Shown: one piece after another, positions 1 to 12,309 of the stretch
Numbering within the stretch: the first letter of the stretch is position 1
Layout: the number at the start of each line of letters is the position of its first letter
NCBI RefSeq assembly: GCF_006345805.1
Contig: NC_043002.1
Coordinates: forward strand, 85,064,001-85,128,000
Origin: Octopus sinensis
Lineage: Eukaryota
DNA length: 64,000 nucleotides
Direction of reading: 5' to 3'
Position numbers and translations under genes: made by a program
The notes under the pieces: model-generated
What the model was told of the DNA's origin: nothing
Seen by the model: only the letters and a program-made list of their open reading frames with translations
Database searches by the model: none

Positions 1-671
1 AGACATACTCGTAAGCGTAAATATGTGAATAGTTTTATAAAAATGTTCGCTTTTATTCAGTGAAAAGTCTGACTTCAAACAGAGATTTGACACCAAACGT
101 TGTTAATCTCTGGATTTTAAGAACATTTTTACAGAAATTTAAAACTAAACAAGCATCATTTTTAAACAGTGGAAAAGAAGAGATAAAAAGATGCGAAAGT
201 GAGGTCAGGAAATGAAGATGGTATTTGGATTAGCGAAGCACGCTGAAGAAGCAAGAAAACCACTTCAGTATCAAGGAATTGCATGATGCGCAGAATTTTT
301 GTACAAACCTCCAATAGAACACAATATCCGGTACTGCACTTGTTTTATCTGCATATTTTATATGACAGCTCTCTTCTCTTTTTATTATATAATTTCAAGC
401 ATAATTTTCTTGTGAAGACAAATTGGTTGAGAAGTAAACGCATTGGTTTACAGGTTCGTGAAATGTGTGTTCAAATTCCTTAAAAAGTACCGGGTTTTGT
501 CTTGGAGAGGGTTATTTATATAGCGACAGGTTAGTATCTTGGATTCGAGGAGAATTTCTTTCTCATTCACTTAATGCCAAAGAAATTGGACTTTTGTGGG
601 CTTTTAAAAACTAATATTGCTACTGAGTAAAAAGTATATATATATATATATGTATGTGTGGGTGTGGGTGT

Positions 672-885
672 GTAGGCGCAGACGTGGCTGTGTAGTATTA
701 AGAAGTTCGGTCCCCCCCTGCCCTGCCCCCTGGTCCCCCGGTCCTCCCCGGTCCCACCCGGTCCCACCCCCACGCGTGGCATATTGGGCAAGTGTCTTCT
801 ACTTTAGCCTCGGGCCAACTAAAACCTTCCAGGCGGTGTCCCAACATGGCTGCAGTCAAATGACTGGAAAAAGTACAACATAAAA
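672..885 (+). mobile_element. Degenerate, internally deleted SINE family A copy with a C-rich expansion
   Basis: gtggctgtgt head, ttgggcaagtgtcttctact-tagcctcgggcc segment and ggcggtgtcccaacatggctgcagtcaaatgactg tail match full copies at 54651 and 23625. Confidence 0.7.
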
Positions 886-1159
886 GATAAAGGCAGAAAA
901 ACGCATGTAGGCATAATGAGTATATTTATATAAAATACAAAGTACAAAATAAGGTATACAAAATAAGCAAAATGAGTTATGTAATATTCTTGACAGATAT
1001 CGGATGATCCATGGTTTATATCGTAACCACGTTCATTACGTAAAAAAAGATCCACAGTGTCGTAGGTGTGTGGAATAACATAAGTTCCTATGGATCCGTT
1101 TGGTAGTGCTATACCACGCTTGCTTTAGCCTTCTTCAACTATCTCTCATCTTTTGCCTT

Positions 1160-1265
1160 TTACTTGTTTCTGTCATTAGACTGCGTCCATGCCGGGGCAC
1201 CGTCTTGGAGAATTTGGAATTTTTAGTCGAACGCAGTACTTATTTTTTTAAATCTGGTACTTATT
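1160..1265 (-). mobile_element. SINE family A 3' tail fragment
   Basis: ttttacttgtttctgtcattagactgcgtccatgccggggcaccg is the reverse complement of the family A tail. Confidence 0.65.
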
Positions 1266-2896
1266 ATATTGATCTTTCTTTCTTTGTCTCTCTTTCTTTC
1301 TTTCTCTCACTTTCCCTCTTTCTCTCTCTCTCTCTCTCTCTTTATGTCTCACTCCTTCGGTCGTCTATCACTCTCTTTTCCTGTCTCTCTTTGTTTCTCT
1401 TTCTTTCTTTCTCTCTCTTTTCTTTCTCTCTCTCTCTCTCTTTACGTCTTCTCTTTCTCTTCTTCTGTCTCTCTCTCTCTCTTTACGTCTTCTCTTTCTC
1501 TTCTTCTGTCTCTTTCTGTCACTCACTTTCTGTAACTTTCTGTCACTTACTCTCTTTCTGTCAATCTTTCTCTTTCTGGCACTCTCTCGTTTTCTCTGTA
1601 ATTCTATCTCTCACTTTCTCTCTCTGCCTCGTTTTGTCACTGTCTCTTATTATAATTATTATAATTATAATAAACAAACAAAACTTCATGTATAAAAAGT
1701 ATCTTTTTTCTACTTCAATTATTACATATTTTTCTCTTATAAAAATATATCATTGCCATTACTATATAGATAAATAAAATAACACATACAGCTAATCTAT
1801 TCTTGTCATATCATAAACAAACACAAGTTCATGTATGATACTGATCTTTATTCTACTTCAATTATTACATGGTTTTCTCTTCTAAAAATACACACATACA
1901 GGAGGAGTAAATTATACATACAATAATACTTTCAATGTGGCTCCAGATAAACAGTAAAAGTAATTACCCGATGACCGACGGGTTTTTTCTGCTAGTATTA
2001 TATATATAGATATCAGATTCACTAATGAGCACAAAAGCTTTTATGTATGAGAAGATAACCGAATGTATCTACACAATTACAATAAATTATAGTTTTTAGG
2101 CAGATCGATACTGAATCCCCTTGAAATAGCAATAAAAAAGAATCCGGTATCTGCCAATTTCTTGATTGTTACTATCAACCTTACCTTAGATTCCAAAGAA
2201 CTTTATATAAGTTTGGCAATAAATGTCTATAGCCACTGCATAAGTAACTACGTCGTATGTCACGCCACTACAACACAACACTGAGTTATATATTATCAGA
2301 AAACGCATTTCAAATCTCACACTATGGGTATGTGCTCTTTAAAATGGTATTACCAAGAAAACATTACTTCATTCTCGACGTACACCGAGCAAAACCAGTG
2401 ATATAGCTGATTCTGCTAATATCCTATTATCTGACTGGGATACAGTCAGTCCATTCAGTAAAGATTGAAAATGGTGTGATGCTTGGTTGAAAATACCACA
2501 TCCCATACTAATAGCGAACAGAAAGACAAAGCTAATATCAACTTCCAGTCACATGAATTTTTTGGTATCTTTTTAGACGCCAACGGACAAAGCAAGCTTG
2601 TCTTGTCTTTTATTTCAACATCTTTATCGAAAGATCACTGAAGACTATTGTGTCTCACTTCCTGGATACCGGTATGAAACTAAAGTACGGAAGTACGTTC
2701 GGACACGAAGTATATATTTCTGTGTGTATGTATTCTTTTACTTGCTTCAGTAATTTGACTGCGGCCATGCTGGAGCAATTCATATGTATGTATGTATGTA
2801 TGTATTATGTATGTATGTATGTATGTATGTATGTATGTATGTATGTATGTTGTATGTATGTATGTATGTATGTATGTATGTATGTATGTATGTATG

Positions 2897-2961
<65 letters not shown>

Positions 2962-3034
2962 TACTCTTACGTTAGGATAATATCAACAAAAGTATTCCAT
3001 CATTTAATATACACAGTATGAGGAAGACACAAGG

Positions 3035-3570
3035 CTAGGCAGCTTTTTATAACGTGCCTTTTGTCTCCAAGCAACCCTCAGGCTCAGAGCATATGATGTG
3101 CTCTATTTGAAAATTAGGATGCTGGTACATGAGAAACCATACTCCGATACGAAGAATGTTATTCGTAAGCATCACCATTGAGTTGTAACTGCCGAGACCC
3201 TGAAGCTTGCCCACTTGACCAGGCGTGTATGATAAACTTCGTCGTCTATGAAGTAGAAGTCACATCAATGCTTCAAGACAACGTAATTGAAAAGAAAATT
3301 TACATCGGTTTATGCAGAGGCGATTTCAAAAGACGTTATGCAAATCACCAGCCTCCTTTCCGGCACATCAACAAAATTAAAGCCACTAACTTGGCTAACC
3401 ACGTATGAAAACCAACTGCACATCACGTACAATCAAGTGGAGAATCGTAGAGAAATCTATGCCATATGTAAATGGATCTAAGAAATGCAATTCCTCCGCG
3501 CTCCGCGCTACTTAATTCCGGATCCGAAATTCTCAGCAAATGCGAACATATGAACAAATTTAATTTTTTC

Positions 3571-3633
<63 letters not shown>

Positions 3634-3950
3634 TTGGAGAACTGGAGGACACAACGCTCAACGAATTTAGCAGCTGTCTCGAAGACTTTGGGCCTATCTC
3701 CGTTGAATTATTCTACAGCAACTAATTTAATCATAAATTCTACGCTCAAAGGAAATGTAACTTTAATTTTCTTTCTTTTCTTTTCTTTTTTTTGTTTTTA
3801 TTCACTCTTCCACTTTTTTGCATCAACTTTCTCGTTTTTTCTTGTGGTTTCTCATGTACCGACGTCCTGATTTTCAAACAGAATAGAGCATGTGCTCAAA
3901 GCCCGAAAATTGCTTAGAGACACAAGGCACGTTATAAAAACCTGCCTAAC
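3035..3950 (+). mobile_element. Penelope-like element remnant: GIY-YIG endonuclease C-terminus between inverted ~110-bp repeats
   Basis: 3178-3408 reads CNCR..CPL..C..VVY..KIYIGL...FKRRYANH, continuing after a frameshift as WRIVEKSMPYVNGSKKCN; 3035-3140 is the reverse complement of 3845-3950. Confidence 0.8.
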
Positions 3951-4012
3951 CACGAAACTTCACAACAAGAAACTATTTGTAACTCTCTTTACATTATTCA
4001 CAAAGTGTATGT

Positions 4013-4126
<114 letters not shown>

Positions 4127-4220
4127 CAGACATGTATGTATACATGTTTTCTACTTCTTAGTCTGGAAGACGGAATAGTGATTAACTCTTTCTCAATCTT
4201 CGCAGGAAATATATGAGTAC

Positions 4221-4272
<52 letters not shown>

Positions 4273-4794
4273 TGTGTGTGTGTATTGTAGTGTATTAAAA
4301 ATGAGGCTGTATCCTAGATTTATGATTTTTTAAATTACTTTTTGCATACCTTGGATCTTGTACTATTCATTTTGAACAACGTAATTCCTAAAACCTGATA
4401 TCAAAGTTTATAGATTTTCACAGTCACATCTTCGGGATACGGACTTTTGTTGCAGTAGTGGGTTAAAGCATTTTGTGTAAACTTATTGCCAGAAGTTGTA
4501 TAGACTTTACGGTTCACCACACGCTTATACAACGGAGCAGTTGGAGCACTGCTCCATGCAACACAAAGCAAAGCTAGGTAAGAAAACATTAGTGGACAAC
4601 ACATACATACGATGCATAGTTTCCCCATAAAAATAGGTGATTAGTGATGGAAGCATTATTTATAGCACAGTACAATGTTAAAATAAATTCATGTTCAATG
4701 TACACGTCAAATACAAAACAATTGCAAATTCTTGCAATATAGTTTACATAAATTCTAATGATAAAGTAGTGTCTTGAATACCACACGCTAAGTA

Positions 4795-5523
4795 TCAGGC
4801 TGAGTAAAAAGTAAGCAACGTTTTGAAACATGAAAGTCATCACAATATATTCCAACAATGCGGAAATTTTATTCACCAAAGTAAGTACAATTACAATCAA
4901 CACATTTTTGCTAACGAGTTACAAGTTTGTTTGTTTATTCCGGTAACATAAAAAATCTGGAGTTCTGGAACTGATGAAATCTTTGAACGCACTTTCAGCA
5001 CCGGTTTGATTTTTGAACTCCTTCTCTCGCAGGAAATCATCGAGGTGCTTGAAAAAGTGGTAGTCGAATGGAGAAAGGTCTGGGGAATAAGCTGGGTAAG
5101 GAAGAACTTCGTAGCCAAGTTCCCTCAATTTCATTAGTGGTTAAGCATTGTCATGAAGAATGATTGGCCCTCTTCTTTTGACTAATCTGGGAAGGAGGAG
5201 TAGCAGTTTGTCTTTCATTTTGGCAATTTCATGGCAATATGTTTCTGCAGTAATGGTTTTTCCAGGTTTTAAGAAGTTATAGTGGATGAGTCCAGCAGTG
5301 TAGCACCAAACAGTCACCATAACCTTCTTTTTAAAGAGCTCGGGTTTAGGGAAGGTTTTCGGTGCTTCATTTTGGTCCAACCACTGCGAAGAACGTTTTT
5401 TATTATTGTACAGAATCCACTTTTCATCGCAAATTACAATACGGTCAAGAAATGGATCGGTCTGGTTACAGAGAAGAAGCGACGAGCAAATTTCATATCT
5501 GCGCATTTTCTGATTTTCATCCA
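4795..5523 (-). mobile_element. Mariner (DD34D) transposase pseudogene with 3' TIR, cut by the assembly gap
   Basis: Motifs CDEKWILYNN, KKVMVTVW, ILHDNA, YPAYSPDLSPFDYHFF; frameshifts; TA-flanked end at ~4793. Confidence 0.92.
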
Positions 5524-5623
5524 NNNNNNNNNNNNNNNNNNNNNNNNNNNNNNNNNNNNNNNNNNNNNNNNNNNNNNNNNNNNNNNNNNNNNNNNNNNNN
5601 NNNNNNNNNNNNNNNNNNNNNNN
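5524..5623. other. Assembly gap (100 N)
   Basis: Run of n characters. Confidence 0.99.
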
Positions 5624-5800
5624 ATCGAGCAACTCGACTCCTGGACTTATTCTTTTGTAAGCCCAGTACTTATTCTATCAGTCTCTTTTGCCGAACCGCT
5701 AAGTAACGGGGACCTAAACACACCAGCATCGATTGCCAAGCAATACTAGGGGGACAAACACAGACACACAAACATACACACACACATATATTCATATATA
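5624..5800 (-). mobile_element. SINE family A partial copy
   Basis: ttattctttgtaagcc-agtacttattctatc-gtctcttttgccgaaccgctaag motif. Confidence 0.85.
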
Positions 5801-6169
5801 TACATGAAATAAGGTAACACCCTCTTATTTTACGAGCTCCTTCCGGAGTGCTGTTTTCTGCAAGTGCTCCACCCTTATTGCAGCCACTATCTGTTCCATG
5901 TACTTCTCAAGATTTTTACTCACTGTTCCCAGGGCTCCGGCAATTATTGGTACTATTACCACCTTTTTCATCGACCACAACTTAACCCCGCAAGCTAACC
6001 TGTCATATCTATCGACATTTCTTTCTTCCTTATCGCATACCTTGTTGTCAGCTGGGCCATGCTATATCTATGATCCAGCATTGTTTGTTTTCTTTCTCAA
6101 TTAAGACTATGTCTGGCTTCCTATTTTCTATCTCATGGTCACACTGAATCATGCCCCCCCCCACATCGC

Positions 6170-6345
6170 TTCACAACCGATGCTAGTGTGTTTATGTCCC
6201 CGTCACTTAGCGGTTCGGCAAGAGAGAACGATAGAATAAGTACTAGGCATACAGAGAATATGTCCTGGGGTCGATTTGCTCGACTAAAGGCGGTGCTCCA
6301 GCATAGCCGCAGTCAAATTACTTAAACAAATAAAAGAATAAAAGA
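6170..6345 (+). mobile_element. SINE family A 3' half
   Basis: cttagcggttcggcaa...gatttgctcgactaaaggcggtgctccagcat tail. Confidence 0.85.
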
Positions 6346-6557
6346 ATATATATAAGCGTATATTGTTGTTAAATGCTCGAAATACGAGACTAGAAAAACA
6401 GCCAACAACTGATGAAGGGCCGTTCATTATGTTTGTTTTATTTTCCATTTGTGTCTTTCGTTGTTCGAAAGGATAATTCATGTTTCATGTACTCGTGCTT
6501 CATATTTTTTGTTTTGTACACGTTTCATGACGTCCTGTGCCCATATATGCATATATA

Positions 6558-6636
<79 letters not shown>

Positions 6637-6658
6637 ATATGCATATACATATATATAT

Positions 6659-6700
<42 letters not shown>

Positions 6701-6872
6701 CTACGGGATTCCGCATAATTTCGTTTATTGAATTCACTAAGAAGGAAGGCATTGGACATGAAGCTATTGAAGAGATAGATAGATAGATAGATAGATAGGG
6801 TTAGACGGAATATTGTATATGCATGGAAGGATACACACAGACACACACAGACACACACACACACACATATAC

Positions 6873-6918
<46 letters not shown>

Positions 6919-6999
6919 TATATATATATATATATATATAAATATATATAATTACTAAGTCTCTTTAAAAGAGATTACGACAGCGTTTCTGGAAATTAA

Positions 7000-7329
7000 T
7001 AGTTATCGCCATACTAATATGGCATTCTTAAAAATAAGAATAAAGCTGTCGCTGATTAGCTCCATGAAGCCATCGCCTCAAGCTAGCTACTTGACACACT
7101 AACTGCGTCCGCTATTAAACCTTCGAACAGGGGAGGTCAGCCGCTTCAACCTGCTAGTCCGACAGCTACAGACATGTTTCAGGGTTGTTGCCCCTCCCCT
7201 GTTCGAAGGTTTAATAACGGACGCAGTTTGTGTGTCAAGTAGCTAGCTTGAGGCGATGGCTTCATGGAGTTAATCAGCGACTTCTTTATTCTTATTTTTA
7301 AGAATGCCATATTAGTATGGCGATAACTA
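7000..7329. repeat. Fold-back element: ~137-bp inverted arms with a 56-bp spacer
   Basis: 7000-7136 is a near-perfect reverse complement of 7193-7329; flanked by (TA)n. Confidence 0.85.
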
Positions 7330-7351
7330 TATATATATATATATATATATA

Positions 7352-8045
7352 CAGGGATATTGGAAAGTAACTCATGCTTATAATTTATTTATTAACTGTA
7401 ATTTTTTTCTCAAATTTGTTGTGCATGTTCTTTAATGTAAGGGAATTGATTCCATGTTGCTTTTTTTTCAGATTGATTATTTTGTTTGAAATTTAGAAGC
7501 CCTACAAACATGGCTGGATGTTTTACTGTGCGGGAGCGTGCCCAAACATTGCGAAGTTTGGAGATCAGTTGTTCAAGCGCAAAGAAGGTGGAGGACCATT
7601 AGAGGAAGACATGCTCAAGTTGATGCAAAGATAATCAAGAATTGCCATGCAAAATTCATGACTACAGGATTTGTAGCTGATACTTGAAGTGGTCATCCTT
7701 CCAATTCATCAAGGTCCGCATGACTGGCTGCCCAGAAGCCCTGGTTTAACACCCTGCGACTGTTTTCTTTGGGGTTGGTTAAAGGAGGAAGTCTTCTCTA
7801 TCAAACCAATGACTTTGGAAGAACTTAAAGGGTGAATACGAGAAGTTATGTCTTTCATTCCACAAGACATCCTGATGAAATCAGTTGATGTGGTTCCCAG
7901 GCGGCTTCAGAAGATGGTGGTGAATGCTGATGCCTATATCAAATTTTAAATAAAATTCCATGCTATACACTTTCTTTACATATTCGTTTTTTCTAAAAAT
8001 TATAGTAATTAAATAGATTATAAGTATTTTAAAATAGGGAGTTTA
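7352..8045 (+). mobile_element. Internally deleted Tc1/mariner-superfamily (maT/DD37D-like) transposon
   Basis: TA-CAGGG start; translation WLPRSPGLTPCDCFLWGWLKEEVF...LEELK; 3' end homologous to 24050-24271. Confidence 0.8.
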
Positions 8046-8385
8046 CCAACCACATAGTTCCGAGTTCATTCCCTCTGCGTGGATCCTTTGGCAAGTGTCT
8101 TCTACTATAGCCTCGGTCCGACCAAAGCCTTGTGAGTGGATTTGGTAGACAGAAACTGAAAGAAACCTGTCGTATGCATATATATATATATGTATGTGTG
8201 TGTCTGTGTTTGTCCCCCCAACATCGGTTGACAACCGATGGTGGTGTGTTTACGTCCCCGTAAGTTAGCGGTTCGGCAAAAGAGACCTAGGCTTACAAAG
8301 AATAAGTCGTGGGGTCGCTTTGCTCGACTAAAGGCGGTGCTCCAGCATGGCCGCAGTCAAATGACTGAAACAAATAAAAGAGTAA
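8046..8385 (+). mobile_element. SINE family A near-full copy
   Basis: Matches 54651-55050 along its length, with an internal (TA)/(TG) tract. Confidence 0.88.
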
Positions 8386-8394
8386 AATATACAC

Positions 8395-8450
<56 letters not shown>

Positions 8451-8573
8451 CCTATATATATATATATATAATATAATATATATATATCTATATAATATAT
8501 ATATATGTATGTCCGGGTTGATTCGGGTTAACCACAGTAAATAAGGTACTCAATACATAGTAGAGTAAAATTA

Positions 8574-8714
8574 ATTTATTATATAGAAGGAGCTTCTACA
8601 GGACTAGAACTGTTCATTCAAGAGAAACCTTCAGGAAGCTCATCTCAGAGCTTCCTGAAGATTTCTCTTGAATGAAACAGTTCTAGTCCTGTAGAAGCTC
8701 CTTCTATATAATAA

Positions 8715-8716
<2 letters not shown>
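8574..8716. repeat. Inverted pair (hairpin) carrying two divergent hammerhead motifs
   Basis: 8574-8641 is the reverse complement of 8648-8716, with a 6-nt spacer atctca. Confidence 0.85.
8648..8700 (+). ncRNA. Type I hammerhead ribozyme motif
   Basis: Stem I gagcttc/gaagctc, CTGAAGA, stem II ttc/gaa with a T-T at its base, GAAAC, stem III acag/ctgt, GTA cleavage triplet. Confidence 0.65.
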
Positions 8717-8784
<68 letters not shown>

Positions 8785-9569
8785 ATTTCGATAACCACAG
8801 TGTTGCTAATTCAGGATTAACCAACAGCTAAAAATCAGCAGCAGTGACAAAAAGCGTCAACGATGAGATATGTAGGTGATCATTCGGATGGCTAGAAATA
8901 GCAGCCAAATTTCACCCAAACTACTCACCGACAAAAATTCATGGAAAGACACATTAGATTTTGTAGTCCCAGATACCTCTAATGTACTCAATTAGAGTTG
9001 GCCCAGGACTCAGTAACAATAACAACAGCGATGTAACAGCCCCTATTCCCGCCTACTATACTATATCGGCACTCGTCTGTCACCGACAACGCGACCCTCA
9101 ACATCACCACCACCTCCACAACCACAACTACACCACCGTCTACACCCAACTCAGCTTCCATTACCACGATTACAACTATCATACCCAATCTTACCAACCA
9201 CTGATCACGCCCACTTCAATGTATCTCTGCCGCTGCCAACCATATTGTCCCTACCCCTTATCTACCTACCCACGGTTCATAAACCAGGTCCCGCCTTTTT
9301 CATCTTTATCAATATTTAAATTGTTTTGTTTTTTTATTATAATTATTGAATTTTTCTAAATTTTGTATACTTGAATTTGTTCTGTGATTGGATGTGTATG
9401 CGTGTATGTTTATATATGTGTGTATGTATATGTGTGTGTTTGAGAGAGAGAGAGAGAGAGATTATTGCATTTATGTATATACAAATACACAGATATATCC
9501 TCATATCCATACAAACACATGTGTGTGTGTGTACATTTATACACACACACATACATACATATGTACATA

Positions 9570-9796
9570 TGGCGAGCTGGCAGGCACGTTAGCGCGCCGG
9601 GCGGAATGCTTAGCGGTATTTCGTCTGTCGTTACGTTCTGAGTTCAAATTCCGCCGAGGTCGACTTTGCCTTTCATCCTTTCGGGGTCGATAATTAAAAG
9701 TACCAGTTTCGCACTGGGGTCGATGTAATCGACTTAATCCCTTTGTCTGTCCTTGTTTGTCCTCTCTATGTTTAGCCCCTTGTGGGCAATAAAGAA

Positions 9797-9798
<2 letters not shown>
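9570..9798 (+). mobile_element. SINE family B (tRNA-like head, possible Meta-type central domain)
   Basis: gagctggcag-acgttagc head, gttctgagttcaaattccgccgagg B-box-like region, ttgcctttcatcctttcggggtcgataa core. Confidence 0.88.
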
Positions 9799-9827
<29 letters not shown>

Positions 9828-9852
9828 GTGTGTGTGTGTGAATCTATCTATC

Positions 9853-9885
<33 letters not shown>

Positions 9886-10007
9886 TATACATATATATAT
9901 ATGTATGTATATACATATATATATAATATATTATATATATATTATATATATATATATATGTATGTATGTATGTATGTATTATGTATGTAGTATGTATGTA
10001 TGTATGT

Positions 10008-10258
10008 GGACACGCGTGGCTTAGTGGTTAGGGTGTCAGCATCTTGATCGTAAGATTGTGGTTTCGATTCCTGGACAGGCGACGCGTTGTGTTCTTGAGC
10101 AAAACACTTCATTTCACGTTGCTCCAGTCCACTCAGCTGGCAAAATTGAGTAATGCTGCGACGGAGTGGCGTCCCATCCAGCTAGGGAACACATACGCCA
10201 TTGAAACCGGGAAACCGGGCCCATGAGCCTGGCTAGGCTTTAAAAGAGCGCATTTATT
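10008..10258 (+). mobile_element. SINE family C, tRNA-derived, full length
   Basis: A box gtggcttagtggttagg, B box ggtttcgattcc, central ttgtgttcttgagcaaaacact domain. Confidence 0.85.
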
Positions 10259-10304
<46 letters not shown>

Positions 10305-10391
10305 GCATAGACCTTTGATGTAGCTTTATGTAATAAACACGAAGTGCTCCATACACTTATAGAGAGCATATATAATGTAACCTGACGCGCA

Positions 10392-10885
10392 ATAAGTGAT
10401 AACTATGGTCTTGAGTCGTTTTGGCACTTATTTCTAGCAATACTGGTACTATCTGGTACCCTTGATTATGAATTAATAATTTCACCTTTATGGTTATTTT
10501 TATGCTTGCTAGCAACTTATATTATTATCATTATTTATTAATGATAATATCCGTATATATTTTAATAATTTTATTCACTTCAATCATTTTTTAATTTGCC
10601 GCTGTATTCAAATGGTCAATACACACATGGTGACACGAGTATCTATAGCCCTCGGCAGTAATACTCACTGATGAGAACTAAATGCTTATCACAGGGTTCG
10701 AAATCACGTGACATGAGTACGTCAGCAAATTTCACTTGCGGTTTTCACTCGCTATTGGTAAGTTGACTTTTATATTTACTCGTTTTCTCGAATTCACCAG
10801 TGTGTATAAGTGATATCTGTGGTTTTGAGTCGTTTTGACTCTTACTCCTAACAATGCTGGTGCTGTCTGGTACCCTTTATTATAA

Positions 10886-10889
<4 letters not shown>
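10392..10889 (+). mobile_element. Short element with ~80-bp terminal direct repeats (period 414) enclosing a hammerhead; pLTR/retrozyme-like
   Basis: 10392-10474 resembles 10806-10889 (ataagtgata...ttgagtcgtttt...tctggtaccct); HHR motif at 10662. Confidence 0.65.
10662..10719 (+). ncRNA. Type I hammerhead motif with palindromic stem III (U16.1 replaced by C)
   Basis: tactca/tgagta stem I, CTGATGA, gaac/gttc stem II, GAAA, palindromic tcacgtga, then CA. Confidence 0.7.
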
Positions 10890-10939
<50 letters not shown>

Positions 10940-10950
10940 ATATATATATA

Positions 10951-11028
<78 letters not shown>

Positions 11029-11073
11029 ATAATATTATATACATATAAATATATACATACATATATATGTGTA

Positions 11074-11298
11074 TGAGCTGGCAGAAACGTTAGCACGTCG
11101 GGCGAAATGCGTAGCTGTATTTCGTCTGTCGATACGTTCCGAGTTCAAATTCCGCCGAGGTCGACTTTGCCTTTCATCCTTTCGGGGTCGATAAATAAAG
11201 TACTAGTTACGCACTGGGGTCGATGTAGTAGACTTAATCCCTTTGTCTGTCTTTGTTTGTCCCCTCTGTGTTTAGCTCCTTGTGGGCAATAAAGAAAT
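11074..11298 (+). mobile_element. SINE family B full copy
   Basis: Near-identical to 9570-9798 and 61389-61616. Confidence 0.9.
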
Positions 11299-11311
11299 AT
11301 ATATATATATC

Positions 11312-11490
11312 TCCCGGAATACCGACAAATTCCACTGAGTGACCACTTAGACTCATGTGCTAAAGACTTAAACCCCAAATTCTATATATTCCCCTTCTAC
11401 CAATGTAAAGACGGGATCACCACACAGGAGAGAATTAACAAGGAGAATCTCTTTATTGAAAAATTCCAAACACAACTTAATATGCAAACT
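11312..11490 (+). mobile_element. Penelope-like GIY-YIG endonuclease C-terminal fragment
   Basis: Reads PEYRQIPLSDHLDSCAKDLNPKFYIFPFYQC...ERINKENLFIEKFQTQLN, resembling the end of the EN at 49708-50013. Confidence 0.7.
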
Positions 11491-12257
11491 CCTCGTTGAT
11501 CAAACTTCCTTTCTTACCTCACTCTTCATGGATGGACTAACACAAATATATAAAGATACCATGCATTCATCACTTCAAGCTAAAACTTATATTCTTTAAA
11601 TATCATTTTACTATTGTTGTTATTACTATCATTTTTATTATAAATGATATGACAATTTTAAATGCAATTGTCTATGCAGATTTATATTAGTAGAAAAAAT
11701 ATAAATAAAGTGTTAAAATCTGAAAGTTAAGTTAACAAGCAATTATATAAAAAAGATAATGCAAATGAAGCTAAAATGATAGTAGTTTTATAATTTGGGT
11801 TTTATTGAAGAACTCAAAAGAGGTTGTCTCCCCTTACTCACAACACAGGAACTGAAGAACCAGGACCACAATTACTACTACTTCCTGTCCTGCAAACATG
11901 CTGAATTTAACAACACAACACAACACATGCTCTTAATCCCTTGGATCTTAACACCTCAAGGTAATTTTTTCGTAAACAACCATAAAACTCAAGATACACA
12001 ACGAACTCACAATGTATCGGAGAACTTATTTTTTTAATTTTTGTACATTTATCATATTCTTTTACAAAAAACAATGCAATTTTCTTTTTTTCCCCTTTCT
12101 ATTTTTAAAAAAACTTCTTAAAACATAAATATTCTTGACAAGTCATACAATGACGAAAACGGTTGAATAAATATATATTTATATATTTTATCAATTTCTC
12201 ATTTTATTAAAATTTTCTTTCATTTGAGCATTCTGCATTTTTTAAAAAAATTTTCCT

Positions 12258-12306
<49 letters not shown>

Positions 12307-12309
12307 ATG

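Noticed and set aside
1-500. Possible transposon remnant (VRSG-like reading)
   Set aside because: No diagnostic motif could be identified.
1968-2710. CCGATGA at 1968 and CTGAAGA at 2638
   Set aside because: Second core half (GAAA plus NUH) is missing or degenerate.
11795-11835. TTGAAGA-actc-aaaa-gag hairpin downstream of the PLE fragment
   Set aside because: GAAAC and stem I are absent; at best a decayed motif.
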